A stretch of DNA of 64,000 nucleotides, taken from IMG/VR virus record IMGVR_UViG_3300014886_000120. One strand, 5' to 3'. Both the position numbers and the translations under genes were made by a program. Shown in pieces: positions 10,191-19,803 of the stretch; positions within the stretch are counted from its first letter, which is position 1; the number at the start of each line of letters is the position of its first letter. This DNA comes from a virus (taxonomy: Duplodnaviria; Heunggongvirae; Uroviricota; Caudoviricetes). Below the pieces are notes generated by a model that saw nothing but the letters and a program-made list of their open reading frames with translations, made no database searches and was not told where the DNA came from.

Positions 10191-11210
10191 CTATAACATA
10201 GACAGTACCTTTCTCAGTCTAGACACAAAGCTTTCAATGTCTTGATTAGGTAGCAATGTGCAAGCTGCAAATCCATAGTGTCCACCACACAAGTATCCAA
10301 TGCTGGCTAGCTTGTTAGCCAGGTACTTAGCTTGTATCCCCCGTATGCTGACCTCCCTGTTGGTCTCATTTATAACCAGATAAGTTACATACCTGTCCGA
10401 TGACTGAAGCATGGTAGCTACCCTTGAAGCTATCCAGCTCTTAGACCTGAAACGTACTATAGCAAAGTGTCCTATCTTCTCTATCACAAGAGGGTTGCTG
10501 GAGTCATTGAATATCCTGTCTATCTCAGAGCTAATCTCATTCTGTGCCCTTATAGCTTTAGGATTGTTTATGACATCCCTCAAGCTCCTGGCACTCCTCA
10601 CTATCGAGTAAGCTCCCATAACATCCCCAGTCCTACAGAGGGCATTGACTGGACTAGATAGCTTAGAGAACAAGGGATAAGGGTATGACTTGATATTCTT
10701 GTATCTGTCCATGTAGATATTACCCTGCATGTCCCATAGTTCTTTAACGGTGTCCCATATCTCGTCTGGAATAATCTCAGGCTGTCCGTCTCCTACACAG
10801 CTCAACACAGCTAGCCATGTCTTCTCAGCCGGTATACGGTCTTTGAATAGCTTGTATATCATCAGTCCTGTTGGTACACTTCCAAGGACAAGCTTGTAGG
10901 TTATCTCTCCAATATGGTCATGATGATCTATTACTATCTTACCCTTCCATTTGTCCCTAAACAATGGAGCTCCAAGATCAAGTGCTATGTGTCCGTCCCT
11001 ATATCCCCCAAACACAGCTGGAGATCTGGGCCACTCCTTTGACTCTTCTATCTCAAATGCACAAGCTAATAGGGCACAAGCTCCTATACCGTCAGCATCA
11101 CTGTGGAAGTTAACTTGTAAAGGCTCAAGGGACTCCAGCTCTCTAACAAGCTGTTCTATGCTCTTGATGTTATAAAGTTCAAGCTCTCTCAAGACATTCC
11201 TCCCCATCAT
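10191..11210 (-). CDS. DHH-family phosphoesterase (RecJ/Cdc45/GAN-like)
   Basis: DHH motifs HSDADGIGA and IVIDHHDHIG; 339 aa. Confidence 0.65.
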   Translation of the reverse strand: MMGRNVLRELELYNIKSIEQLVRELESLEPLQVNFHSDADGIGACALLACAFEIEESKEWPRSPAVFGGYRDGHIALDLGAPLFRDKWKGKIVIDHHDHIGEITYKLVLGSVPTGLMIYKLFKDRIPAEKTWLAVLSCVGDGQPEIIPDEIWDTVKELWDMQGNIYMDRYKNIKSYPYPLFSKLSSPVNALCRTGDVMGAYSIVRSARSLRDVINNPKAIRAQNEISSEIDRIFNDSSNPLVIEKIGHFAIVRFRSKSWIASRVATMLQSSDRYVTYLVINETNREVSIRGIQAKYLANKLASIGYLCGGHYGFAACTLLPNQDIESFVSRLRKVLSML

Positions 11211-11522
11211 ATCAAGCTACTTCAGAATTTTGTTTGATGGTCTGGAAGCTAATATTTAAGGCTTGCTCTTTACTCTTGATGTTCCTCAGTCCTTGCCTGC
11301 TTCGTTCTTTTCTTCTTCAGGACTACCTTCTTGTTGTTAACATACAGTACCATCTTTACACCTCCTCTTAGATGTACTTTCTTACAAGTAACATCTCTAT
11401 AGGTATCTTACCCTCTATGCTTACAGACACTACCTTTTCACTCTCAAGGGCCAGAGCTAGATTCCTTAGAAGCTCTGGGGTTACTTCCCATTTTACCACT
11501 AAGGTAACATTTTCTGTGTCCT

Positions 11523-11858
11523 TCACATCACCTTCCTCCTATGCAGCTTAGGTCTGGTAAGGTTCCTTCTACTTTCCCTTATAATTTCACTTTCCAGGTT
11601 GTATCCCTTCCTCATGGAATAGTTAGATAGTCTAATGAAGACTCCAGCTAGCTCTTTACTTTCAGCTTTGCTATTGTCGTCTCTTATTTCCTCCATAGCT
11701 TCAGCTATCTCTGTGACCACAAGTCCCAGCTCAGCTAAGTCAACTATCCTTTCCAGTCCATGTTCTCTTAGTATCTTTCTGGCCTTCTCCCATTTCTCCA
11801 GGAATCCCTTTTCCCTATATCCCTTATACGCCAAGTGCTGTATGTCCTTAAAGTCCAT
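11523..11858 (-). CDS. MazG-like all-alpha NTP pyrophosphohydrolase
   Basis: ELGLVVTEIAEAMEEIRDD...ELAGVF matches the MazG/HisE EExxE...D metal-binding helices. Confidence 0.5.
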   Translation of the reverse strand: MDFKDIQHLAYKGYREKGFLEKWEKARKILREHGLERIVDLAELGLVVTEIAEAMEEIRDDNSKAESKELAGVFIRLSNYSMRKGYNLESEIIRESRRNLTRPKLHRRKVM

Positions 11859-11860
11859 AC

Positions 11861-12145
11861 TTAAAGTTCTCCTTGATCAAGAAGTATCAAGCCTATTAAG
11901 GAGTATCCCCAAATATCCCGTAGCTCCTCCTCTACTATCAGCTTGTCATCTATGTTCCTAGACACTCTGTTCAGCTTGTCATCTATCCTTACAAGTATCA
12001 TCCTTATCGGAGATATATTCCATTTCTTTGAGTATTCCTTTATGTTGCCCAATGGAGTATCTCCAGCATACTTCCTATCCTTTTCCATCAAGAACTTAAG
12101 TAGTTCATTAGCCTTCTTTCTAAAGAGATGTTCCCTACTACTCAA
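11861..12145 (-). CDS. hypothetical protein
   Basis: 94 aa; ends QGEL with an SD embedded for the downstream gene. Confidence 0.3.
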   Translation of the reverse strand: MSSREHLFRKKANELLKFLMEKDRKYAGDTPLGNIKEYSKKWNISPIRMILVRIDDKLNRVSRNIDDKLIVEEELRDIWGYSLIGLILLDQGEL

Positions 12146-12561
12146 ACCTGAATCTCTCCACTAGACTTGTCAACATTCTTAGACATCTTTTCCCAGCATT
12201 CTGGACATACCAGGAACTTGTCAATCCTGTAGACATTGCCATCAGCTGCAAAGTCAAGGTCTGGCTTAAGAAGTACAGTTTCACATGAGCATGACTTCTC
12301 AACACGGTACTTCATACCTAAGGGGTCATAGTATATCCTGACTGTCTGTTCATGGCACAATGGACATTCAACCAAGTGCCCATTATAGTATATATGCTTC
12401 ACTGAATAAAACTCTACTTTGCCCATTGAAGCTCTGGTAGCTATTGGCTTGCCACATATCCTGCATACCTCTTTTCCTATCTTCATCATACTATCACCTC
12501 TTCCTAAGAATTTAGAACTTTCCTTCCTAAGCTTATCTTCTCCCTTATGAGTTCTTCCCAC
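12142..12561 (-). CDS. multi-zinc-ribbon protein
   Basis: CRICGK, CPLCHE, CSCET, CPEC motifs; 139 aa. Confidence 0.4.
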   Translation of the reverse strand: MGRTHKGEDKLRKESSKFLGRGDSMMKIGKEVCRICGKPIATRASMGKVEFYSVKHIYYNGHLVECPLCHEQTVRIYYDPLGMKYRVEKSCSCETVLLKPDLDFAADGNVYRIDKFLVCPECWEKMSKNVDKSSGEIQV

Positions 12562-13124
12562 TCTCCATAGTTTGTTTCATCCAGACTAAGGTAAGTATAT
12601 CCGAGAGATATAAAATACCGTATCTTCTTTCTATCTGACTTAGCTCTGTTCCATCTTGAATGCCATATCGATGGGTTAACCTCTATTAATAGCTTAACCG
12701 GTTCTTCTATGACAAAGTCTGGATAATAAATATGCTTACCATTATGGAATGGCCTGTTATGTTCATACTTTATGTTCAAGCTATCCAGTATCTCCCTAGC
12801 TTTTCTTTCTGGTGGAGTGTAATAGTTAGGATCTCTATTAGGCTTGCTAGCTACTATAGAACACAGCTTCCTGAACTTGAATGAACGTAGGAAGCTTACT
12901 CTCCATTCCCCATGCTTTTCACATTCACACACAGCCCATGTCCCTTCATGGTACTTTGGAAGCTTGTAGTTTCCCTCACAATGTGGACATGGATACTTTG
13001 CTGGTACAAGCACTCCGTTATGTAAGCTAAACAGCCCATGCTTGTTGCACATGTATATATCATCCTTACTCTTCAATGGAAGATAACCATCAAATTCTTT
13101 GTTGCATACTGGACATTTCAGCAT
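12504..13124 (-). CDS. zinc-finger protein with Vsr/DUF559-like (PD-(D/E)xK-fold) endonuclease domain
   Basis: N-terminal CPVC...CPHC...CEC. C-terminal YYPDFVIEEPVKLLIEVNPSIWH resembles the Vsr-like endonuclease core. Confidence 0.4.
   Translation of the reverse strand: MLKCPVCNKEFDGYLPLKSKDDIYMCNKHGLFSLHNGVLVPAKYPCPHCEGNYKLPKYHEGTWAVCECEKHGEWRVSFLRSFKFRKLCSIVASKPNRDPNYYTPPERKAREILDSLNIKYEHNRPFHNGKHIYYPDFVIEEPVKLLIEVNPSIWHSRWNRAKSDRKKIRYFISLGYTYLSLDETNYGEWEELIREKISLGRKVLNS
12596..12612. promoter_or_regulatory. motif 1 copy
   Basis: TATATCCGAGAGATATA, about 35 nt upstream of the 12561 start. Confidence 0.45.
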
Positions 13125-13177
13125 TCCCTGGAAGTCCCCCTAGTAAACTAGCTAGCTAAGACTTGGAATGTCAAATC

Positions 13178-13528
13178 TCATGCATGTTTGTCTTCTCTCT
13201 CTAAATCATCCAGTATGGCCTGGAGCTCGTTGACGCCCAATGAATCAAAGTCAGCTGGTAAGCATCCTATCTCAACATAGATTTCGTATCCTAGCTCTGA
13301 TCTTAGTATCATTAACCTTCCAGTAGCTCTTAAATCTCCCTCTTCCTCAATATCCCTAAGGAATGTCCCTATAACTTCTTTGATGTCTCTGGTTGTGGGA
13401 ATAAACCTGCCTCTTCCAACTCCCCATGTCCACTTGAAGGTCTCAAATAAAACAGCAGCTCTGGAGCTTATCCTTTCTAGTATCCTTTCTTTCAGTTCAC
13501 TCTTGGCTTTACTATCATGATCCTCCAT
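13178..13528 (-). CDS. hypothetical protein
   Basis: 116 aa; no recognisable motif. Confidence 0.35.
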   Translation of the reverse strand: MEDHDSKAKSELKERILERISSRAAVLFETFKWTWGVGRGRFIPTTRDIKEVIGTFLRDIEEEGDLRATGRLMILRSELGYEIYVEIGCLPADFDSLGVNELQAILDDLEREDKHA

Positions 13529-13539
13529 ATTTGGTACAC

Positions 13540-13830
13540 CTACCTTTTCTTTAACCTCTTAACTTTTGTTATGAACACTCTTAATCTTCCAGGAGATAGT
13601 ATAGCTAACAAGAAAGCTATCTCCATAAACCCAAAAAACAGGACATAGGCATGTTGCTTGTCCAATGGAACATTGAAAGGCAATAGAAACGGCTCTTCAA
13701 GCGTCTCTACAAAATATTCAGTATGCCAGAATGCAGGAGCAGCTAGAAGGTCAAATTGCCAAGCTCCTACAAAGAATAAGACCATGGATGACACAGTCCA
13801 CAAGAACTCCAGAGCTCCGATTTTCTTCAT
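13540..13830 (-). CDS. small membrane protein
   Basis: Two hydrophobic segments. Confidence 0.35.
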   Translation of the reverse strand: MKKIGALEFLWTVSSMVLFFVGAWQFDLLAAPAFWHTEYFVETLEEPFLLPFNVPLDKQHAYVLFFGFMEIAFLLAILSPGRLRVFITKVKRLKKR

Positions 13831-13977
13831 AAACTATCCACCTCTAACCGTTCCTTGACTTCCACCTCTTCCTTGTGAAGCATGTAACTTCAGCATGTAC
13901 TGAGCCTCTACTAGGAACGGTACTATCTGCTGAGGTAAATCTGTGTTTCTTTCCATCCAATAGTACCTCTATTCTTG

Positions 13978-14241
13978 TCAAAGCTCTCCCAGCACATAAC
14001 ATTTCATACTACAATATATCTTCAAAACATACATCTCTACTATTTTGAACCTATACAGCTTCTTGATTACATGCCACTTGAAGTATGCAGTGTTTCCAGG
14101 CCCTATAGATACACCACAGAAGTCACATTTAGCCGTTGTAGATACTTTGAAGGTACCAAAGGACTCATGGTGAATAGCATATCTGGTCGATAGGCCAGAT
14201 ACAACTTCAAGGTCTCTATGATCCTTACCATACATGCACAT
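13978..14241 (-). CDS. small zinc-finger protein
   Basis: CDFCG...CSMKC; ends LGEL. Confidence 0.35.
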   Translation of the reverse strand: MCMYGKDHRDLEVVSGLSTRYAIHHESFGTFKVSTTAKCDFCGVSIGPGNTAYFKWHVIKKLYRFKIVEMYVLKIYCSMKCYVLGEL

Positions 14242-14251
14242 TTAGTGTCAC

Positions 14252-14524
14252 TTAGCATTTCAGGACTATCTCAATGGTGGATATGTGTCTCTCCCTGTTG
14301 GTCTTAGTATCCTGGACTAGCTCACTTCCAAGCCTTATCTCGGCAACCTTAGCTTCCTTGACAAGCTCCCTCCTGAGGATTTCAGCTACATCAACAGCTC
14401 TGCTGATAGCTCTGCCCCTTGCCTTAAGGACTACTTCTTTATCCTTCCTGAGGAAGCTTGTGGCAGCCACAACATAATTCCCGATACTCTTCTTGGTTCC
14501 TATAAACACATCCATAGATATCAC
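14252..14524 (-). CDS. albA: Alba (Sso10b-family) DNA/RNA-binding chromatin protein
   Basis: KARGRAISRAVDVAEI...ISTIEIVL closely matches the Alba core. Confidence 0.8.
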   Translation of the reverse strand: MISMDVFIGTKKSIGNYVVAATSFLRKDKEVVLKARGRAISRAVDVAEILRRELVKEAKVAEIRLGSELVQDTKTNRERHISTIEIVLKC

Positions 14525-14543
14525 CTCTTTTAAGAGTGTGTCT

Positions 14544-15044
14544 TTAAGAATGGGATTTCTTATTTAAGCTTTGCTCAAGGGTAGCCTGGGCTATTCTATC
14601 CCTCTTCCTTAAGCACACCCAGAAGGTCTGGGAGCTGTGTTTGGTACGATAGGACACTCTCTGTCCAAACAGGGGAACAAAATAAGCTCCCATGAGGTGG
14701 AGAACCTTTTCCAGGGACATGTCATGAGTATTCCATTTGAATAGCAGGACACCATCGTCCTTCAACACTCTGTGAAACTCTCTAGCTCCCAAGCTAATCA
14801 GCTCCCGTATTTGTTGAAGGGAGAACCTTCCATATAGACTGGCCATAATGCTCTTGGGACCAAGAGACACATGTGGTGGATCAAACACTATCACATCGAA
14901 TATTTTGTCAATGAACGGAAGGTTCTTGTCGTCAGCTAGTATGTCTGGCTTGACCACTCTACGAATGTCTAGGTAGACAGCTTCATTATTCTCCTTGTCA
15001 AACCATATCCCCCTTCTCCCACATGTAGCATCCAGTATCAGCAA
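14544..15044 (-). CDS. small SAM-dependent methyltransferase (N6A/N4C/m2G-type, DPPH motif)
   Basis: Motif I-like LDATCGRRGIW followed by motif IV VFDPPHV; 166 aa. Confidence 0.5.
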   Translation of the reverse strand: MLILDATCGRRGIWFDKENNEAVYLDIRRVVKPDILADDKNLPFIDKIFDVIVFDPPHVSLGPKSIMASLYGRFSLQQIRELISLGAREFHRVLKDDGVLLFKWNTHDMSLEKVLHLMGAYFVPLFGQRVSYRTKHSSQTFWVCLRKRDRIAQATLEQSLNKKSHS

Positions 15045-15114
15045 GCTTCCCCACCTTAGACTCTCAGGAAGAGGGTATATTCAAACAGACAGCCTATAGC
15101 TCTTTCTGTCCACC

Positions 15115-15354
15115 CTAATGCTCTTTTACAATGGCTACAGCCTTTAGATAGAATTTGCCTTCTATAGTGGCAGTCTCAAACTGGACTTTACCTATCTTGA
15201 ATCCTTGTCTATTAGCTTCCCTGAATATGGCTTTTTCAATAGCTGTCTGGATATCGTCTTTGTACTCATTGTACATCTTCTCATCCATCTCCAGTACAGT
15301 ACCTAGCACAGGATGCCCTGTAGTGTTCTTGAAAAACTCTTCATTCTCATCCAA
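15115..15354 (-). CDS. hypothetical protein
   Basis: 79 aa. Confidence 0.3.
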   Translation of the reverse strand: MDENEEFFKNTTGHPVLGTVLEMDEKMYNEYKDDIQTAIEKAIFREANRQGFKIGKVQFETATIEGKFYLKAVAIVKEH

Positions 15355-15694
15355 ACCTTCCTTACCTCCTACATGTTGTTTATCTGAGTCATCCTCTATG
15401 GCTCTTGATTATCTTCTTTATGACTTCATTTGACCAAGCATAGAACTGGTCAAACGTTAGTCCAAGAGGATAGCTCTTAGGGAAGACTATAACCTTCTTT
15501 TCTTCCCTGTCTATTCTATATTCAAGGGGTAGTTCTTCTTTCTTATCCATTTCAATATCACTCCTTTATCTTGGAATCTAGCTTTAGACTATGCCTTACC
15601 TTTTCAACTATACTATCCAACAGTCTTGCATACTCTTCATCTTCTGGCAAGCTTTTGAACCACCTGTATACACTGACAATCTTGCCATCCACTG

Positions 15695-16099
15695 TTACAC
15701 CACTCCAGGAGTCCTTTTACCATGAGTACGTTTGAACTCTCTATACTTTTTGAAAGACAGTAGCATAGCCAGCTCTTTGTCTCCTCCAGTCTCTTCTATG
15801 GTAGGACAGAATAGATGAGACAAAGATGCACACTTGACCTTACTATCCTTTAACATTGAGGCTATTACCTTGAAAGATAGTTCCTGGAAATACTCAATAC
15901 GTTCACATGCTGGACACTGGACATAAATAACCAGTCTGTCCTTCTTTCTTTCAGCTAACACATTAAAGTTCTCTGGGATGTCCTTGAAGCCACAACCATT
16001 ACAGCTTATGAATATCTTACACTCACTCATTGGTACAGCTCCTCTTTCTTCTGTTATACTCTTCAATTGTCTTCTGGAGCTCCTTAACAAACTGTTCAT
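15695..16099 (-). CDS. zinc-binding hypothetical protein
   Basis: CNGCG...CPAC. Confidence 0.35.
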   Translation of the reverse strand: MNSLLRSSRRQLKSITEERGAVPMSECKIFISCNGCGFKDIPENFNVLAERKKDRLVIYVQCPACERIEYFQELSFKVIASMLKDSKVKCASLSHLFCPTIEETGGDKELAMLLSFKKYREFKRTHGKRTPGVV

Positions 16100-16403
16100 T
16101 TGAGTGCTTATAGAAGAGTAGTCCTTCAGCTATCTTGGCATCCAACATGGAGTCAAATTCTTCTATGACATTTTCATGTGGAACAAGCTCATATCCAATG
16201 TTTTGCTTACCACAAGCTGCACATTCAATGCCTATCTTTACAATGCATACTCTGGGATAGAAGTATTTCTCAGCATACTCACTGTCTACTATACCCCATG
16301 TTCTTATTACCCTGAAGATATTGCTTCCACAGTTATAACATTTGGTGTAGACTTCTGGACTTCCAGTAAGCTGTTTCACAAGAACTGGAATCATATCTTC
16401 CAT
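16023..16403 (-). CDS. zinc-binding hypothetical protein
   Basis: CYNCG...CAACG. Confidence 0.35.
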   Translation of the reverse strand: MEDMIPVLVKQLTGSPEVYTKCYNCGSNIFRVIRTWGIVDSEYAEKYFYPRVCIVKIGIECAACGKQNIGYELVPHENVIEEFDSMLDAKIAEGLLFYKHSNEQFVKELQKTIEEYNRRKRSCTNE

Positions 16404-16655
16404 ACCACCATCTCCTACAAGTAATGATGTGCTAAAGAGAAAAAGTGTCCATTTATATGTCTTTCTCTAGTGACACAGACGTGTGCTTCAAACATTATTT
16501 CAAGACTTCAAGATATTATTTCCAGATTGCATTTGGAACATCTGATCTTAATTAGATAGCATCCCTCAAAGAACAAGCAAACATGCCTTCCAGTATGGCT
16601 AAGCAGCTGAAGCTGAAGCTCCATGAATGAACAGCAAACAGGACACACCATTATC

Positions 16656-16934
16656 CTATCGTTTATTGTGTTTCTTGGCATAAGCATCCCAGCATTTGTC
16701 ACATACAAACATGTCGTCCCATGTCTTTCCATACCCTTTACGAGGTCTTCTCTCTAAGAAATCATCTACAGACTCATATTTGTGTCCACAATAAGCACAC
16801 TTAGCTCCTCCATCATATACCCATAGGGCTATCTGTAGCCTAGTCATAGCCTTAGCCCATTTCTTCCTTTCCTCAGGATCTTTGGGAGCTACTGACACCA
16901 AGAAATAATACTCATCCTTATTGGATTCCTTCAA
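16656..16934 (-). CDS. small zinc-finger protein
   Basis: CAYCG...CDKC. Confidence 0.35.
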   Translation of the reverse strand: MKESNKDEYYFLVSVAPKDPEERKKWAKAMTRLQIALWVYDGGAKCAYCGHKYESVDDFLERRPRKGYGKTWDDMFVCDKCWDAYAKKHNKR

Positions 16935-16947
16935 GCTTATCCCTCCT

Positions 16948-17577
16948 TTAATAAGATGTCAATGGATGGTGTCCCTTTACTTTGAAGACAAGAAAATACC
17001 CATGAGCTGTCTGGGCGTGCTTTTCATTCTTGAACAGTCCAACCAAGGTACGAATATAGACTAACAAGTCTATGAGTTCAAATCTAGTCAAGGAGTCTAT
17101 TATCAGCTTATGGTTCAAGACTAGCTCTCCCTTGTATCGGGTATCCATGATTTTAACTATAAGGAAACCCTCTCTCTTCAACAGGACAGGAGCTATGTTG
17201 TTGAGATCAAAAGCACATTTTTTCTGTAGCTCAATGCTCCATTTAGTCTTTATGGGTGTCCAGTCCTGATCACTACGTTGGTACAGGATGTAGCTGGGTT
17301 TATCATACTTGTATGGAGGATCATAAATTATGGCATCAAAGCTATGCCATGGAAATACACTAGGTAGCTCGGTGATGGGAACATGGAACTGTGCTGGAGA
17401 CTCAGGGTCTATGTCATTGGTTACCACTTCATACCTAAACCTGGCTGCCTTACCAACAGTTTGCCATAGCTTGCCGTGACCGTAGGTTACATCAAGTATC
17501 CTGGCTCCCTCTGGCAGATAGAACTCTAGTATATGTCTGAAGGTGTCAAATTGCTCTCCAAACAAGACAGTTAGCAT
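16948..17577 (-). CDS. small SAM-dependent methyltransferase (DPPY)
   Basis: LDVTYGHGKLW (motif I-like) then IIYDPPYKYDKP (motif IV); 209 aa. Confidence 0.6.
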   Translation of the reverse strand: MLTVLFGEQFDTFRHILEFYLPEGARILDVTYGHGKLWQTVGKAARFRYEVVTNDIDPESPAQFHVPITELPSVFPWHSFDAIIYDPPYKYDKPSYILYQRSDQDWTPIKTKWSIELQKKCAFDLNNIAPVLLKREGFLIVKIMDTRYKGELVLNHKLIIDSLTRFELIDLLVYIRTLVGLFKNEKHAQTAHGYFLVFKVKGHHPLTSY

Positions 17578-17578
17578 T

Positions 17579-17872
17579 CTAGGAGCTTCTCCTCAGTGCT
17601 TTGACTATCATGAGATAGAGTGTCACCAGAAACCAGTAAACTAGGGTGGGAATAGCTAGGAAGACACTTGTCCATAAGCTGAGTAGTATAAAGCCTGTCA
17701 AGAAGAATATCATAGCCATAAAGGTCAGTAATGACCCCAGAAAGGAATATCCTCTCAGAGCTTCCCTGTTCTTCACTACTTCCTTAATCTGTAGTAACGT
17801 TCCTATCAGGCATATAAGATTACCTATTCCCATTATGATGCCTATCAATAAATGTTCACCTCTTAGCTTCAT
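17579..17872 (-). CDS. small membrane protein
   Basis: Three predicted TM helices; 4-nt proximity to the MTase start. Confidence 0.4.
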   Translation of the reverse strand: MKLRGEHLLIGIIMGIGNLICLIGTLLQIKEVVKNREALRGYSFLGSLLTFMAMIFFLTGFILLSLWTSVFLAIPTLVYWFLVTLYLMIVKALRRSS

Positions 17873-18040
17873 ACCTGAAGTAGGACACTGGCTTGATGAT
17901 TATCTCCAGGTTAGGATAGAAGTGCTTAGCAAATCTTATGGCATCCTCATGCGACTCAAAGTATTCTATGAAAGTATCCTTAATGTAGAGAGCATAGATG
18001 AACCCTGACAGCCTAAGTGGACTGGACATCCAGAACCTCC

Positions 18041-18604
18041 TTATAGCCTAATGTTTGGATAACCTGGGCCATAGAAGTATGTGATGAGCTCCTTGTGAAC
18101 CATACCGTTGTACTCCTTTAGTACAAAGTCTATGTCATACTCGTCAAAGTCAAACCTATGTCCATAGCTGAACTCTTCATTAATCTCCAGAGCTATGTTG
18201 TAGAATTGATCCCTTATCTTCCTATCATGGCTGGATATCTTGATGGTTACCGAACCATGCTTGTTGTTCAATAGTCCAAGTAGGTTTCTAGCTGTCCCAA
18301 ACAGGAAGCCCACTGGTACCTTATACTTATATCTGGCAGTCTTGAAGAGTCTTATAGCTCTCAGCTGGGAAGTCTGAATGAAGCTGAGGACATCCTCAAT
18401 GGTGTCATACCTCACAGTAACCAGAACTGGATCACAGTACTGAGGCTTAGGCTTGGTTCTGATAACCCGGTAGTGCTCAAGAAACACCCCATACTTTCCC
18501 AGCTCATACGCTATGATCCTGGGGTCTATACAGTACACCAGAAGTTTGGTTACTTTCCCAGGTACTTCAAACCTTGTTGATATAGCTGGTCTTGTCTCAT
18601 TCAA
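18041..18604 (-). CDS. hypothetical protein downstream of the E1-like gene
   Basis: 187 aa, no recognised motif; no E2 HPN motif. Confidence 0.35.
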   Translation of the reverse strand: MNETRPAISTRFEVPGKVTKLLVYCIDPRIIAYELGKYGVFLEHYRVIRTKPKPQYCDPVLVTVRYDTIEDVLSFIQTSQLRAIRLFKTARYKYKVPVGFLFGTARNLLGLLNNKHGSVTIKISSHDRKIRDQFYNIALEINEEFSYGHRFDFDEYDIDFVLKEYNGMVHKELITYFYGPGYPNIRL

Positions 18605-18729
18605 GTTCTTTCACCTCACCTCTATTCTAAATCTTCAGGATACAAAACACTCTATACCATGGAACGCCCAGATTTTTCTACTAATATTTTGGAGCTCTCT
18701 CTTAACTGTCCCCAATTGACGGTACCCCT

Positions 18730-19377
18730 TTATGTTTCCCTAAACAGCCATCTGAGCACAAAGCTGGAACCCTTCTTCCTCCCTGTAAGTAGAAACTCTA
18801 TGGCTGACTCAGCTAGAACAGATGAAGCAAACAACACTAGAGTGGTTGAAAGTGGATAGCTGCATGGATCTACATTTATTGTTTCTGGGTCTGGGGGAGG
18901 AAGATAATTACTAGCCCATTTTACCTCTCCATACTCAGCCTTCCCGTTTATACCTCCAAACAAACATGGTACATTCAGCTTGCATGCATATTCCTTCATT
19001 AGCCTTCTGGACTCATAGTTGTCAAACGTACATATGGTAAGATCTCCAGAAGACAGTACCTCTTCAACATTGCTTTCATTCACTTCTACAAAGTATGTCC
19101 TAGCTCTGGCTTTGTTTATCTGGTAAAGGATGCCAGACAGAGCTCTTACCTTGGACTGGTTAAGGTTCTCTAAAGTAAAGGCTTGGGTAGATGTGTTGTG
19201 CATCTCTACACGATCTTTGTCATACAAAACAAAGCTTGACACTCCACTTCTAGCCAGGATTACTGAAGTCCAGCTACCAAGTGCCCCACAACCAGCTATA
19301 GTAACTGTCTTGTCCCTGAGCTTACTGAACTGTCTTCCCCTATGGAGCTCCTCATGAAGGAACATTCTAGAGACCAT
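18730..19377 (-). CDS. ThiF/MoeB/E1-like adenylyltransferase
   Basis: RQ motif (HRGRQFSKL), Rossmann IAGCGALGS, LYDKDRVEMHN and FDN motifs of E1-like enzymes. 215 aa, with no CxxC zinc motifs. Confidence 0.65.
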   Translation of the reverse strand: MVSRMFLHEELHRGRQFSKLRDKTVTIAGCGALGSWTSVILARSGVSSFVLYDKDRVEMHNTSTQAFTLENLNQSKVRALSGILYQINKARARTYFVEVNESNVEEVLSSGDLTICTFDNYESRRLMKEYACKLNVPCLFGGINGKAEYGEVKWASNYLPPPDPETINVDPCSYPLSTTLVLFASSVLAESAIEFLLTGRKKGSSFVLRWLFRET

Positions 19378-19454
19378 TCAATAGTCCCTCCTAATGAAGG
19401 TTATATTGAAACCTCACATTTTCTGATACATTATGATATATCTCAAACTTCATG

Positions 19455-19471
19455 TATATCCGAGAGATATA
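19455..19471. promoter_or_regulatory. motif 1 copy
   Basis: TATATCCGAGAGATATA in the intergenic region upstream of the E1-like gene. Confidence 0.45.
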
Positions 19472-19518
19472 CAACATGCTTGACCTTATAGAGGAGAGCT
19501 ATGTTACATACCAGACAG

Positions 19519-19803
19519 TCAAAACACTGTACTCTCGTATGTAAGATGTTTATCTAGGACACACCAGTATATCCATTCTTTAAACTCAGCTATTTTCTCA
19601 CAGTCTATACTCACAGCAGAGCCTTTAGATTCATTTTCAATAGAACAATCAAATATTCCTAAACAGCCGTTTCTCTCATGTACCCTTAAGAACTCTTTCT
19701 TAGGTTCAAATATTAGAAACCCATAACGTGTCATTACCTTTACAGCTTTCTTAGTCTCTATCAAATTTATAAGCTCTCCATTACTCCATGTCTTGCTTCT
19801 CAC
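19519..19803 (-). CDS. hypothetical protein
   Basis: 94 aa. Confidence 0.3.
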   Translation of the reverse strand: MRSKTWSNGELINLIETKKAVKVMTRYGFLIFEPKKEFLRVHERNGCLGIFDCSIENESKGSAVSIDCEKIAEFKEWIYWCVLDKHLTYESTVF

